Assembly (NCBI GenBank): GCA_001600815.1 | Contig: BCKZ01000019.1 | Location: 1-64,000, forward strand | Origin: Alloascoidea hylecoeti | Taxonomy: Eukaryota | Reading direction: 5' to 3' | Length of the DNA: 64,000 nucleotides | Shown here: one piece after another, positions 11,122 through 22,800 of the stretch | How positions within the stretch are numbered: the first letter of the stretch is position 1 | Layout of the letters: every line of letters starts with the position of its first letter | The notes under the pieces: generated by a model | What the model was told of the DNA's origin: nothing | The model's input: the letters and a program-made list of their open reading frames with translations, nothing else | The model's database searches: none | Program-made: the position numbers and the translations under genes

Positions 11122-12249
11122 TTAATCTCTATTTCTATTGGGAACCCAACGTCTATAAACAACTTCTTTAATTTTATAACTAGTCAATAATTTTTTAAAA
11201 TCAACAATTCCATCTTTAATAAAACATGAAATATCATTAGGAACTTCAATATAACAAAAAATCATATTTTTTTTAACACCTCCAATAACACGATTAACAC
11301 TTGATGTCCACCACCAAGGTTTAGCAATTTCTAAATTTTTTAATTCATCTTTATATGAAGGAAGAATCATAATTGCAAATTCTGCATGTGCAAAAGGTGG
11401 TCCTTTTTTATAAATTAAATAACTGACACCAAATTTAATTCCACTTCGAACACACCAACCAAGTGATCTATAATGATGATAAGCAATATAATCCAAAAGA
11501 AATTCATCATCTGGTTTTAAGTTTGAAATGAATTGCAAGAATAAATCACTTGTAGTTAAAGGAACAATAGAATCAACTTTCGTAATCTCAAGACAATCAA
11601 AATTTAAAGCTAAAAACAATGCTTCTGTAGGCATAAGTTCTAACACTTCTTGTTGTATAACAGATTGTTTATCAACAGTGACATCAACATCCTCCTGTCT
11701 CCAGTCAGAAACATCAACTTGTTTTGTATTCTTTATAATTGTTTCATTATCAAAAAACTCCATTGGCCTTTGTGGTAAAATAACTTCACCTTCTACTTTC
11801 TCACCCGCATCTAATTTTCTTCTTCTTTCAAGAATTTCAAGGTCTGCTTTGGCACGTTCTTCTTTAAATCGTTGCCTTTCCTGTCTTCTAATCTTGGTAA
11901 TTTCTTCAGAAGATAATGGTATATCGGTTTGTAGACCAAGACGTCTTGAGTATCTTCCTAACCAGGTAGGTTCACTTCGACTTAATGTTCCTTTACCGAA
12001 GAACCCCATTTTCCAAAGCGTAATCATCGCCTTTTCGTCTGAAATTTCAACGACATTATCATCGGTAACGAAACCTTTCACGCAAACTTCTTCAACCGGA
12101 GGTGGGAAGTACAGGTCAATCACATAATAAACCCATGATAACGGATTATGTGGAATAAGAGGAGGATGAGGTCTTATATTCACTGGTAATGGTGATTTAT
12201 AAAGTTCATATTGGTTTGGTCGCCGCCCTGTTGGCTGGGCCATTTGCAT
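11122..12249 (-). CDS. SEN2: tRNA-splicing endonuclease catalytic subunit Sen2
   Basis: PLIPHNPLSW, GFFGKGTLSRSEPTW, YHHYRSLGWCVRSGIKFG, YKKGPPFAHAEF, RRWVPNRNRD; exact start uncertain (possible upstream intron ~12261-12364). Confidence 0.93.
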   Translation of the reverse strand: MQMAQPTGRRPNQYELYKSPLPVNIRPHPPLIPHNPLSWVYYVIDLYFPPPVEEVCVKGFVTDDNVVEISDEKAMITLWKMGFFGKGTLSRSEPTWLGRYSRRLGLQTDIPLSSEEITKIRRQERQRFKEERAKADLEILERRRKLDAGEKVEGEVILPQRPMEFFDNETIIKNTKQVDVSDWRQEDVDVTVDKQSVIQQEVLELMPTEALFLALNFDCLEITKVDSIVPLTTSDLFLQFISNLKPDDEFLLDYIAYHHYRSLGWCVRSGIKFGVSYLIYKKGPPFAHAEFAIMILPSYKDELKNLEIAKPWWWTSSVNRVIGGVKKNMIFCYIEVPNDISCFIKDGIVDFKKLLTSYKIKEVVYRRWVPNRNRD

Positions 12250-12762
12250 ATTATCAACCACTTGTAAAAGGTGAAAAACTTTTGAAAAATCATGTTAATA
12301 ACAAGAAACTCCTTCCTTTTAAAATGCAATCAAATAACAAATCAATTGGTTGTATATCAGATACCGTTGTAGTCTATGAAATCAAATAGTGTGCTCTCAG
12401 CAAGAAACTAATCTCTCAAGCGACGATCGTTTATCATCATGAAAACCAATTGATTATATCAGAAAGCAATGAATTAATATTAACTTACACCATGAGCTAA
12501 ACAGAACTGTTTATTTATATCTAATAAAAGTAGATAAATAAATATAAAAAAGAAGAGCAGACAGAAGAAAGAAATGAAAATTTATTCACTTTTTCAGTGA
12601 TGCGTTCTGAAATTTACGCACCTCCCTACCCAGTTTGGCATGACAACCATTAAATTCCCACAAAGAGACAAAACGTAAACAAAATGTTTTCTTTTTGAAT
12701 TTCTCCTTTAAATTTTACGTTTTACTAAAACATATTTTTATACGTATACCATTTTTTCCACA

Positions 12763-13960
12763 ATGTCAGAATCTGGTGTTTCCATTGAAACTCCTTCAAG
12801 ATCCGTCTTAAGATCTTCTACAAGAAATGATTTATATCCTGAGATCAACATGAATGATGCTTCTCCTTTGGCGAAAATATCTGTGAAAAGAGTAAGTTAA
12901 TTATAATTAAAGAATTGCATTAACAACTGAATTTTTTCTGCGGGACACAAACATTAATCAAGCATTGTTATAGAAAATTGGTCCAGCTTCACGCATCCCC
13001 ATTAATGATGTTCATAAATCCCCTGTTCGACTGAGCCCGGTCAAGTATACTGAAAAAAGCGCCAAATCTGGAAAATCTATACATTCTGTCACACCAAGAA
13101 GAAGGCTTCAAGATGCTTTATTGGCCACCCGAAGCGAATTGAGATCTTCAAGTAGAATCACAGCATCTTTAGATCGTCGTTTCACAAAAGATAGAACTTC
13201 ACTTCCTTTTGCTACTAAGACAGTTCAAACTGAAATACGGCCATCTGTTTCAACCCGTGGTTTCGATAATGTTTTTGATAAAGATACAGTTAGATCCAAT
13301 TTACTGGAAAGATTAAAGGCAATTACTGCAAATACAAAATTAGAAGAGGCGCCAGAAACTCCAAATTCTACAAAAAGATCAATAATATCACCAAGGAAAT
13401 CATGCCTCAAGAATTCTACTTCCATATCGGCTTCAACTAAAACTTCATCTACATTGGTTACATCAAATAAAATTAATAATGAGTCAGATACATCAGAATC
13501 ATCAAACACTTCAATTTCTGATGATACTCCAACTTATTCTTCAAATTCTCCAGATAATCATCCTAGAAAGAAACTCAAGTCGATATCATCTAAGAAACGT
13601 AAAGCAGTAACCTGGAATAAAGAAGCTGAAATGTATATTTTTGACCCTAAAAAAACAAAAAGTTCTTTATTTTCTTCCTTTGATAATGCACCAACCTTAG
13701 CCCCTCAAACTTTTAAAGAAATTGACCCAGATGCACCAGCTACAAGACTTTCTTTTGAACCTTCAACTCCATGTTCTCCGATAATATCTCCATTTCGTTC
13801 TGGTGTTAATAAAACTGAATCTATTGATGATAGAATTGCTACTATGATGCAGAATCAACTTGATATGATAAAAATGATTAAAGATTTAACAGAAGAAGTA
13901 TCTGATTTAAAAGAAATGTTACAACAAACTACCCTTAAGAATTCTAAAGAAAATGAATAA
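12763..13960 (+). CDS. Ser/Thr-rich protein with PP1-docking-like motifs and C-terminal coiled coil; exons 12763-12891, 12974-13960
   Basis: In-frame GTAAGT..TAG intron; multiple SP/TP sites; KSCLK and RKAVTW motifs; heptad-like C-terminus. Confidence 0.75.
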
Positions 13961-14924
13961 ATATTAATGGGGTAATTTTGCATTGCAATTTTCAAAGGTT
14001 TTGTTTTCAGTAATTATAAATTTTCTGGTATATTTCAACATATACCATATATATGCTCGCTTTCATTTACAATCATCATTGATTATTAATTATTGATTTC
14101 TGGTTTTATCACTTTATGTATAATTACTATGTTATTTGTTTTAATTTAATTATAAACTTGCAAATAGTTTATATACTTCTAGATACCTCTAGAATTTAAA
14201 ATTTAAAATTTTAAAAGGAAAATAAAAAAAAAAAATTCAGTCGGAGAATTAATGATATTTTGATAAAGTAATTATAAAAGTTTGTCATTAAATTTAGCTC
14301 GAGTAGAAATTTAGGGAAATACTTTTTGGAAGAAAAACAAGAGAGGTCGAAATTTGGAAGTTTAAACACAATCGAAATATTAATATTAATGCTCATATCG
14401 TCTCTTTTGAAGGCTGATAAAAATATTAATAACAATTTTCTTGATATTAAATAAATTCATAATTATAAATAATAAAAATAGAAGTACTAGCGTTCTTATG
14501 TATTTAGATTCAAACTAAATCAGATATTGATATTGATTAGTTTAAGATTTAAATGGAAATATTGTATGCTTATTATTAGAAGCCATTAGTATTATGATTT
14601 TTTGTACTATCACAAATGCCGAGTAATGACAACGCTATCAATGCAAATGCAAATAAATATCCTTTTAAAAGGCTATAGTATGTAAATTATTTAACAACTA
14701 AATATACAGAAACTGGTAGTTAATTAACGGTATAGTTATAAAAATATGATTCTATTGTGCCGTCATCTTTTTATAATTTTATATGCTAGCTCTTTTTTGG
14801 TATCTATCATCTTTCACCTCATTTTAATCTTGTTGTTAGACACCGAAAAATAAAATCTTCTGGTTAAACTCCTTAATGTAATGTTCAATTTAAAAGATGA
14901 GAAAAGGATAACAAATACTGATAA

Positions 14925-16764
14925 TTATTTCTTTCGGTTTGCATCAAGCTCAATATTATGTTTAACAATATCCATAGATGCAATTGCATCCTCAGCACTA
15001 TCATGTTCTCCTCCTTGGATTGCACGGCTTAAATATTTAAAAGTTAAATCTTTTAATGAAGATTTATAAGTAGGGTTAAATACTGGATATAAGATGGAAG
15101 TATCAACAACTTTATGATGAATTAATCTCATTGCATTAAGATCATTTTCAAGTCCATGTCCTATTAATATTGTATCCTTGTTGACGAATTTACTAATTGC
15201 AACTCTGGAAGTTTCAAAATCTATTGATGGAACAGTCTCTCCAGTCTCACTCACTATACCATGTGAGATATCTTCAGCTGTAATTCCACTGAATTTTGTA
15301 TTTGCATCCCATAACTCACCAATTGGTTTCACTACTCTATCAAGGACGATTTTATTGTCTTCGAAGTTTACTATGGTAACTCTTACTAATTCCATCCCTA
15401 AAGAGGTATATGACATTTCACAATCAACTCCGGCAGCAGCTAACGTTTGTGATGTTGTGTAATCCACTGATGGTTTAAAAGCAATGGCTGCTTGTAGAAC
15501 ATTTGGAGTTTTATCAGCATATGTATGATGTGGAATTGACATACAACCACTTGATTGCCCTATTGGTTCGGAACAGCAGGAATATCGAAGTGATAATTTA
15601 TCGTTTGACACTGCTCTTTCTAAAGTCCAAAAAAGGTAATTTGTTTTGGTTAGCTGATAATATAAATAATTAGGAACTCAAATATATCATACCTTTTTTC
15701 CCCCAGTGGAAAGTACACTTTTGTTCTCTTTTATCATTTATATCAAAAGGAACATTACATCTCTTGCAATTTTGTGTTGATTCGGCATCCACAGGTTCAG
15801 GAATTATTGTAATATATTTGTTTTTCGATAATAACTCAATAGGAATCAATCTTTTAACTAATGCTTGATACATTTCATCTGAACTAAGTTTCTTTGGAAC
15901 ATATGCACCACTAGAAACTTCAAGGCCAACCGTGAATTTTCCAGCCTTTGCACGTACTATTAATTGTTTCATTTCATTTGAATATGTAAATTTGGAGGAT
16001 TTTGCAGCAACTTCTGATTCTTGTTTTATAGCTATTGGGGCAGCTTTTGGATGGTTTTGTTTCTCTAGAGCGGAGTATAGTAATTCGAGGAATTTAGTAC
16101 GCGTACTAAGGGGAGCAGGGGATATCTGTAATGGTTTGGGCATAAGAGACACCTTCTTTTTATCTTTATCATTCCCTATAGGTTTAGGCGCTTGTGGTTG
16201 TGCATTTTTAACCCCAAAGGAACTTGATAATCCATTTATGAGACCATTGATTAAAGATGTATTTTTATATGTTTGTTTGTTTTCTTTTTCAATGGGTTTA
16301 GATATACGAGGGGTATGTGAATGTGTGAATGTTTGTTTTGTTATAAGTATTCGGTCTTTCGTAGGTTTTGGAGAAATTTTGGACTTTTTCAATGGGTTAT
16401 TGCCAACCCGTGGGTCTAATTTTTCGATGCTCCTCTTTTTAACTATAGTATTTGGTGGAGATGTTGGTTTATTAGAAAACAGTGGAATCAATTTTTCAAT
16501 ACTCTTCTTTTTAGTTATAGTCTTTGTGGATTTATTTGGTGGAGACTTTGGATTTTTAGCAATTGGTGGATTTAATTTTTCGATACCCTTTTTAATTACA
16601 GTCTCTATTGTATCAATATGGTGTATTTTCTTTGCTTTAGCCGCAGAGGCCATAGAAGCTGTCGGTGTATGTTGAAATATACAATTAGGAAGAGGACAAA
16701 TTGTATCATAGCGAAGCGAAGGGCACAACGCCTGGAATGAGGTTTTCTGTGAAGTAGGGAACAT
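14925..16764 (-). CDS. REX3: RNA exonuclease 3 (DEDDh); exons 16764-15693, 15619-14925
   Basis: N-terminal CP..C..PNCIF.H, CKRC...CTFHWGK, YSCC, VDCEM, LIGHGLENDLNAMRL, HDSAEDA; intron GTATGA..CTAAC..TAG joins two ORFs in frame. Confidence 0.92.
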
Positions 16765-16896
16765 CTTCAGGATGAAGAACTTCGAGATGGACATATATTA
16801 AGTCTGCCCAGTGCCTGATAACAGTACTGGTGCTACAGAAGTCAACAAGACACCTGAACGCCCACAAATGCAAATTTATTACAACCTATTAATCTA

Positions 16897-18321
16897 TTAA
16901 TGTGACATTACGGGATTATTGAAATCCCCGAATTTTTGTTGTTTCCCCAATTCATACAGGTCTTCCATCAGTGGGTCCAGATCAGCATAATGAATACTTG
17001 TACCAATACTTCCGTTAATGCTCGTGTTATCTTCTATCCCATACCCATCTATATCCTCATCATCGCTGTTATCTTGAATGCTTCCATAACTGTTGTATCG
17101 AGATTTAGGAGTGAGATTAAACAGATGTGGCTTTGCTGCTCTTTTGGAGGCACTAGATGGTAACCAATATTTATCTTTCCCGCCATCAACATACCGTAAT
17201 CCATTCACAATCTTAGACATTCTAGCTCCACTGTCAGGATGATCTAATATAATACTTTCAACTGTATCAAATTTTCTATAATCATATCCCGATCCATTAA
17301 AAGTTACCTTAAAATCAATAATTAAATCTACTAGTCCCACAGTATCTCTTAAAGCGGTAAATATTGGCATCCTAGCACAATCATCAATAAGATATTCTTT
17401 ATAACTGAATCCGTAATAATGAAATATAGCAAACCCAATAAGTTCAATATTCATTAAAGAATTTTGAATAAGCGTTGCAGAATAACCATTACCAACCCAT
17501 CCTAAGAAAACTAAAATTGCTAAAACCACAGTTTGCCAATATGAAAAGAAAATGATGATTTTAATACTGAGAAATTTCATCATTGGATTATAAGGATGTA
17601 AATCAGTTTTTAGACAATACCAAAATAAAGCTAAAGCATATAAAGATATTGTGACAGTAGCATTATAAGCCAACTGAATCCAAACATAACCACTTGTTAA
17701 AGATATTTGATTATCATGATATATACCAATTACTTGCATAAAAGCAATCAATATTAATAAAATTGGTTTTAACCATGTGTATTGTAATATCGCTCGTTTA
17801 ATCCATAAAAATGTATATGGATCGCTTATATCAACTTTACCAAGAACATATTTCAGTGGCCACATAATATGGTCTTTTGGAGTTCTACCTCTTGTAGAAA
17901 TGATTATGTTTCGTTCACCGCCCAGATATTTTGTAAGAAGTGAGAAAAAAGTATATAAAACAAAGGCTTCATATATTTCTCTTATTGGTTCAAATCCATA
18001 CTTAAGAGGCGATTGTATTAGATTCAACCAGGTTGAAATTGAATATATGGGTACCAATAGTAATATTCGATTGATTAATCTTTGCTCAAATGGTTTTCTA
18101 TAATTCTTAGCGTGTTGAAAGATTGCCTTTGATGAAATGATAATCGTTGCGATGGTTGAAATGGTACATATTAAAAATAACCAACTATTCAATGATAAGC
18201 TTAAGGTTAGTTATAAATATTTATAACATCAGTTAGGATGAGCTTACGCTGGGAGATAATAATCCGTGTCTGGTTCTGGGTTTGAGCCAGGATCAGAACC
18301 AACATCTGTGTTATTATTCAT
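16897..18321 (-). CDS. HFL1: TMEM184/OST-alpha family membrane protein (Hfl1-like); exons 18321-18248, 18184-16897
   Basis: NYRKPFEQRL..RILLLVPIY, REIYEAF, DISDPYTFL.IKR.ILQY, KFLSIK.IIFFSYWQ; short upstream exon joins in frame. Confidence 0.88.
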
Positions 18322-18447
18322 TAATATCTATAACTATAAAGGTTTGGGGACTAAAAAATAACCTTATATCGATGTAAAGATGTTTTGGTCCACTTCAATT
18401 TATTAATGAATGTCTATAAATGTAACTAGTCTATATACAACAACAAA

Positions 18448-19845
18448 TTATACATTCTTCTCAGCAAGTTTCTTGGCATGTCTTTCTTGTTGACGTTTTG
18501 CCTTCTCCAACTTTTCTCGTTTCTTTTCTTCTTTTAATGCTCTTTTATCATCACCGCTTTCCGTCACTTCTTCACCCTGGAATCTTAAGATTAATCGTGT
18601 CGCAACATTCCCAATTCTTGCTCCATATTCCTTCGCCCCTGACTCTTCTAAGATCTCCAACAATTCAGAAACAATCTTTTCTCTCCTAATCATTGTTAGT
18701 TCATCTTGTAGGTCTCTCTCCTTAAATTCAACTGGGACCTTATTGGTGTCTGTCTTTTCGATGGCACGTGAAACATCTCTCTCTAAAGATGCCTTTCCTA
18801 AAAGTCTTGCATCGTCCAGAACTATAACGACACGATAACCTTTACTAAAATGCCTTAACAGCTCCTTCTTCTTTTGTTTATCTAAATCAGAACTTGAAAT
18901 GCTCCATGATATTCTAGCGCCCTTAACTATTGAATGTGAAGAGGTGGTGCGCTTTTCTGTAGATTTTTTTATTCGTAACTGTTCTTTAACGAGGGGAATT
19001 TTCGAGCTATTATCCAATCCAACATAAATTAAATCAAATTTATCATGATCTAGTCGTTTCAATGCATCCCCTAAATAGGTTGGTTCTTTTGATATTGTGC
19101 CATCTTTATCGATAAATTTAGCCATATTAAGACCATCTAAACTTTCTACCTGTTTTATTGTCGCCAGTGTTGGTCCACTATATTCTATACCTGTCCTCAT
19201 ATAGTCAGGTAAGTTTGAATTATCTTTTTTGGCCCGTTTAGTAGCTTCCCTTATTGGGGGTATAACATTTTGATCTTGTCTATTAAACATCTGATTGGAC
19301 GGTCTACGAATAGAATTATTCTGCGATTGTCTTGAAATTAAACTTGATTGTAAATTTTCAAAGGATCCGCCATTATTTGATGAAGTTGGTGGTCTCATGG
19401 GTTTACCATTCCTCTCAGTTTCAAGAGAGTTTCTAGGTTTCTGTATGCTATCTTCAAATGACCTAGTCCTATTATTATTTGATCTCAGTCGTGTTAAAGG
19501 TTGTCGTGGATTATCCGATTGTAAACGTTCTGATTCTTTACTTGCAGCTCTATCAAGCAGTCCCTTCAAAAATCTCAGTTGTTCTGGAGGGTTATTTGCC
19601 TTTTTATTGGAATCTCCATTTTCTTTTCTACTTGAATTTTGAAGTATACTATGGATATTGGAAAAATTATCTTTCTTTTTAACTTCAGTTTGACCTCCAA
19701 AAGTCGGTCCATTTGACTTTGAAGCGTCAGCCCATTTCTTCATAAATTGATTTGAAGAAACATACCTCAAACCACATTTACTGGGAAATTTTGCATGCAC
19801 TATAAGACATTTGGCATTTGCAGTATTTATGGCATTAATTGACAT
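18448..19845 (-). CDS. AIM23: Mitochondrial translation initiation factor 3-like
   Basis: Presequence-like N-terminus; IF3-C-like KGARISWSISSSDLDKQKKKELLRHFSKGYRVVIVL; Lys/Glu-rich tail. Confidence 0.72.
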   Translation of the reverse strand: MSINAINTANAKCLIVHAKFPSKCGLRYVSSNQFMKKWADASKSNGPTFGGQTEVKKKDNFSNIHSILQNSSRKENGDSNKKANNPPEQLRFLKGLLDRAASKESERLQSDNPRQPLTRLRSNNNRTRSFEDSIQKPRNSLETERNGKPMRPPTSSNNGGSFENLQSSLISRQSQNNSIRRPSNQMFNRQDQNVIPPIREATKRAKKDNSNLPDYMRTGIEYSGPTLATIKQVESLDGLNMAKFIDKDGTISKEPTYLGDALKRLDHDKFDLIYVGLDNSSKIPLVKEQLRIKKSTEKRTTSSHSIVKGARISWSISSSDLDKQKKKELLRHFSKGYRVVIVLDDARLLGKASLERDVSRAIEKTDTNKVPVEFKERDLQDELTMIRREKIVSELLEILEESGAKEYGARIGNVATRLILRFQGEEVTESGDDKRALKEEKKREKLEKAKRQQERHAKKLAEKNV

Positions 19846-20030
19846 TTTTCAATGATATAAGCTTAAGAAGGTTTTCTTTTTCCTGTTATAATTTAACGTC
19901 GGGTAATTGATGTTGAATGGATGTATCGCATCCTCTTCTTCATAATCTATCGAATAATCTTTATTTATTTTGGGGATAACTTTTTTTTTGTATATCTATT
20001 TTATTCATCTTTTTTTTTTTTCTCCAGAGA

Positions 20031-22121
20031 ATGATCACTTCTAACTCCGGCTCTAATCTCAACGTGCATGAATCAATAAATAAGAGGAAGATGTCTGAAA
20101 TAGAGACAGCTCTAGGGGCAAAGGGTGCCGATGAAACTGACAATCGACCACTAAAGAAACCTTCTACTTCTAACGTTAATAAAGAGGTTGACAAAATCTC
20201 AATTTTAAATTTAGAAAAATTGGAATCCTCCGTTGTTGAATTCATTGATTCTATAGAGAAGATTTTATCTTTGGCGCCTAGTAGTACGACAGTAAGAGAC
20301 ATTACATCTAATTTTGGAAATGATATTGAATTAGCGTTAACTGCTTCTCGTCCAAATATTGTGTTAGGCGTTGTATTAAAGAATTTATATAAAGAAGGTC
20401 GTTTACAATTTTTTGAGGATGTGATTAATTTTTCCAAAACAGGATCCTTTAACGAAAAAAAATTGAATGATTTAAAGGATATTTGTAAACAGGCCATCGT
20501 TTTATCATCTCAGTACCAGAATCGGATAGCTCAAGATGCAAATACCCAGCTTCAATCACAATCTAAACTTTCCCAAGATAGGAAGGTTGTTTGGAATACG
20601 GATCCAAATCTACCTCAAAAAGATGTGAATAATACCTTAATTCCCCCTACTCCAATTAATGCTATCACTGCTACGACTACCTATGCTGCTACTGAGAGCG
20701 ATAATAACGAAAGTACCTCGCTTTCTATCCCAAGTATCGATGACTCTTTATTAGAGCAGGTGCTTACTCATAAATCGTTTTCGGACCAAGTTAATTTTCT
20801 TAAGCTTACTAACAATGAATCTTCAACTTATAAAATAATAAATAATGAAAAGTTACGATTTGTGGGTTCTGCCATCTTGAGGGAAATCATTACAATTATA
20901 TTATACAAAAATTATCCTAATGAATCAACTGATACTTTAGTAAATGCTAAATCAGCTTTGTTAAGTGACTATAGAATATCTGAATGGGCCGAGAAATATC
21001 ATTTACCAGATAAAATACGTTGTACTTTATCTACTGAAGAAATTCAAAAGAAACATGTAGCCGCAGGTTTATTTGAAGCTTATGTTGGTGCGATCTATCA
21101 GCAGGATAATTCATATGATAGGATCAAGAAATGGATAGAAGCATTGCTTGGTCCACAAGTCGATAGTTTCCTTAAAGCAGCTAAATTTTCAGTTTCTAAA
21201 GATTCCGGGCCAGCTGATTATAACTCTAAGAATAACTTGTTTGCGCTTATCGGATCAACTAGACATGTTCCAACTTATGAAGTGATAGTTCAAGGAAATT
21301 CCTGTAGAGATTTCAAGGTAGCATGTAAGTTAATGGATGATGTTTTGGGTATCGGGACAGGCCAAAATCTTAAAGAAGCGGGGTTGCGAGCTGCTTCAGC
21401 TGCCTTGAAAAACAAAGGTGCATTGCAAAAATATATTGAATTGAAAGGTAGCAGGCAACATTCGCCAATAAGTCAATCAAATTCTCAATCTTCGCAGGCC
21501 TATCCATTCAATCAGGTTAAGCAAGAAGATGATTCAAATGGATCACCATTTCCTGGTTTCAGTACTACTAGTTATGCTCGTCTTGTGAATGTGCCTAAAC
21601 AATCCGGTCCAAGTTCTGTGGACGTCTTATCTTCACAAAATAACTTATCCAATCTCTTCCCTCAGCCAACCAAAACAAAGAAAGGCCTCGCACCGTATGA
21701 ATTACCGCTAGTGAAAAAAGCCTATATAAATTCGACATCTGAAATGTGTGGCATTCCATCCAAACAAGGAGCACCTCGCGTATCCAGTGGTCTTTCTAGT
21801 ATCAGATTGAATAATGGGAACACAGATGAAATTCCACCCATTATAACAGATTCAATTAGCGACTTGGATATTGATCGAGGCTCAAAAAATACGTTATATG
21901 CTATTTTATCACAGTATAATATGTCTCCTCCAATTTATGAAACTTTTTACAGAAAAGACACTACTACCTCTCCAACAATTTTAGTGAAAACTAGTTCTGG
22001 AATACATTTGGCTACAGGTACTTCATCTAGTAAGAAGAAGGCTGAAAGAAAGGCAGCAATGAATGCTTTAAAAAACAAAGCAATGTTTAGTTATTTGGAA
22101 AGATTTAAATCAACGTCGTAA
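20031..22121 (+). CDS. RNase III-family protein (NTD-RNase III-dsRBD-linker-dsRBD) with degenerate active site
   Basis: LTHKS, NEKLRFVGSAIL (canonical NERLEFLGD), AGLFEAYVGA (canonical ADxFEAYIG), two dsRBDs (SKNNLFALIG..GTGQNLKEAGLRAA; SKNTLYAIL..GTSSSKKKAERKAA). Confidence 0.9.
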   Translation: MITSNSGSNLNVHESINKRKMSEIETALGAKGADETDNRPLKKPSTSNVNKEVDKISILNLEKLESSVVEFIDSIEKILSLAPSSTTVRDITSNFGNDIELALTASRPNIVLGVVLKNLYKEGRLQFFEDVINFSKTGSFNEKKLNDLKDICKQAIVLSSQYQNRIAQDANTQLQSQSKLSQDRKVVWNTDPNLPQKDVNNTLIPPTPINAITATTTYAATESDNNESTSLSIPSIDDSLLEQVLTHKSFSDQVNFLKLTNNESSTYKIINNEKLRFVGSAILREIITIILYKNYPNESTDTLVNAKSALLSDYRISEWAEKYHLPDKIRCTLSTEEIQKKHVAAGLFEAYVGAIYQQDNSYDRIKKWIEALLGPQVDSFLKAAKFSVSKDSGPADYNSKNNLFALIGSTRHVPTYEVIVQGNSCRDFKVACKLMDDVLGIGTGQNLKEAGLRAASAALKNKGALQKYIELKGSRQHSPISQSNSQSSQAYPFNQVKQEDDSNGSPFPGFSTTSYARLVNVPKQSGPSSVDVLSSQNNLSNLFPQPTKTKKGLAPYELPLVKKAYINSTSEMCGIPSKQGAPRVSSGLSSIRLNNGNTDEIPPIITDSISDLDIDRGSKNTLYAILSQYNMSPPIYETFYRKDTTTSPTILVKTSSGIHLATGTSSSKKKAERKAAMNALKNKAMFSYLERFKSTS

Positions 22122-22399
22122 ATTACATGAGAAAGGTGTATGACAATTGGTTATTATTTGTCTATTAGTCGATTTTGGTACCATGGTGGTCAAGGAAGTG
22201 TTTTTGCTTAATTATTATACCCAATAATATGTAGTGATGGGCAAGCATATAATTAGCATTTACTTATATAAAGCTATTGGATCGATTACAATTTGTGTCA
22301 ATCACAATTGCAAATTAACGTATTTAAATATAAAAACAAAACTATCTAAATTCATCTCATAGTAAATATATGTCTCCCCAGATTAATCATATGGTTACA

Positions 22400-22800
22400 A
22401 ATCCTTTTTCCTCTAAATATCTTTTGAGGAAACCGCAGAAAAAATAATTTTACCAAATGTTAAAACGGTTACAATTTTGGTGTGCTCCAAATATTTCTTC
22501 CACAAAATGTGTGCATTTTTAGGTTAGTGCATCTTGAGAGTGCAACATAGAGTTGGCCATTTGACCTTGTGACTTGTTGATTGTAAAACATGGTCTCACA
22601 GGGAGTTGAGCCTTCATAAAACGAAACCCACATTCGTTTCTTTCCTTGTCTATACCTCAAACAAAAAATGATACTATTTCTAAACACGGTCAAACATCGT
22701 GAAGAAGAAGAAGCAATGATTTTACAAAGTACATTGTGTTCCAAGTAGGATACGTAAGTACTCTAAGGAGAGTGGTTCCACATAATATGATACATTCATA
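22400..22800 (-). mobile_element. Helitron-like Pif1 helicase relic
   Basis: Minus strand across frames: LCGTTL..LEHNVLCKII; FRFMKAQLPVRPCF-TINKSQGQ (22561-22625); GQLYVALSR (~22532-22558). Boundaries approximate. Confidence 0.78.

Noticed and set aside
11528..12127. 199-aa plus-strand ORF
   Set aside because: In-register antisense shadow of SEN2.
14211..14435. 74-aa minus-strand ORF in an AT-rich spacer
   Set aside because: Non-ATG start, no motif; cannot be supported as a gene or element.
15932..16675. 247-aa plus-strand ORF
   Set aside because: Antisense shadow of the Lys/Pro-rich REX3 N-terminus.
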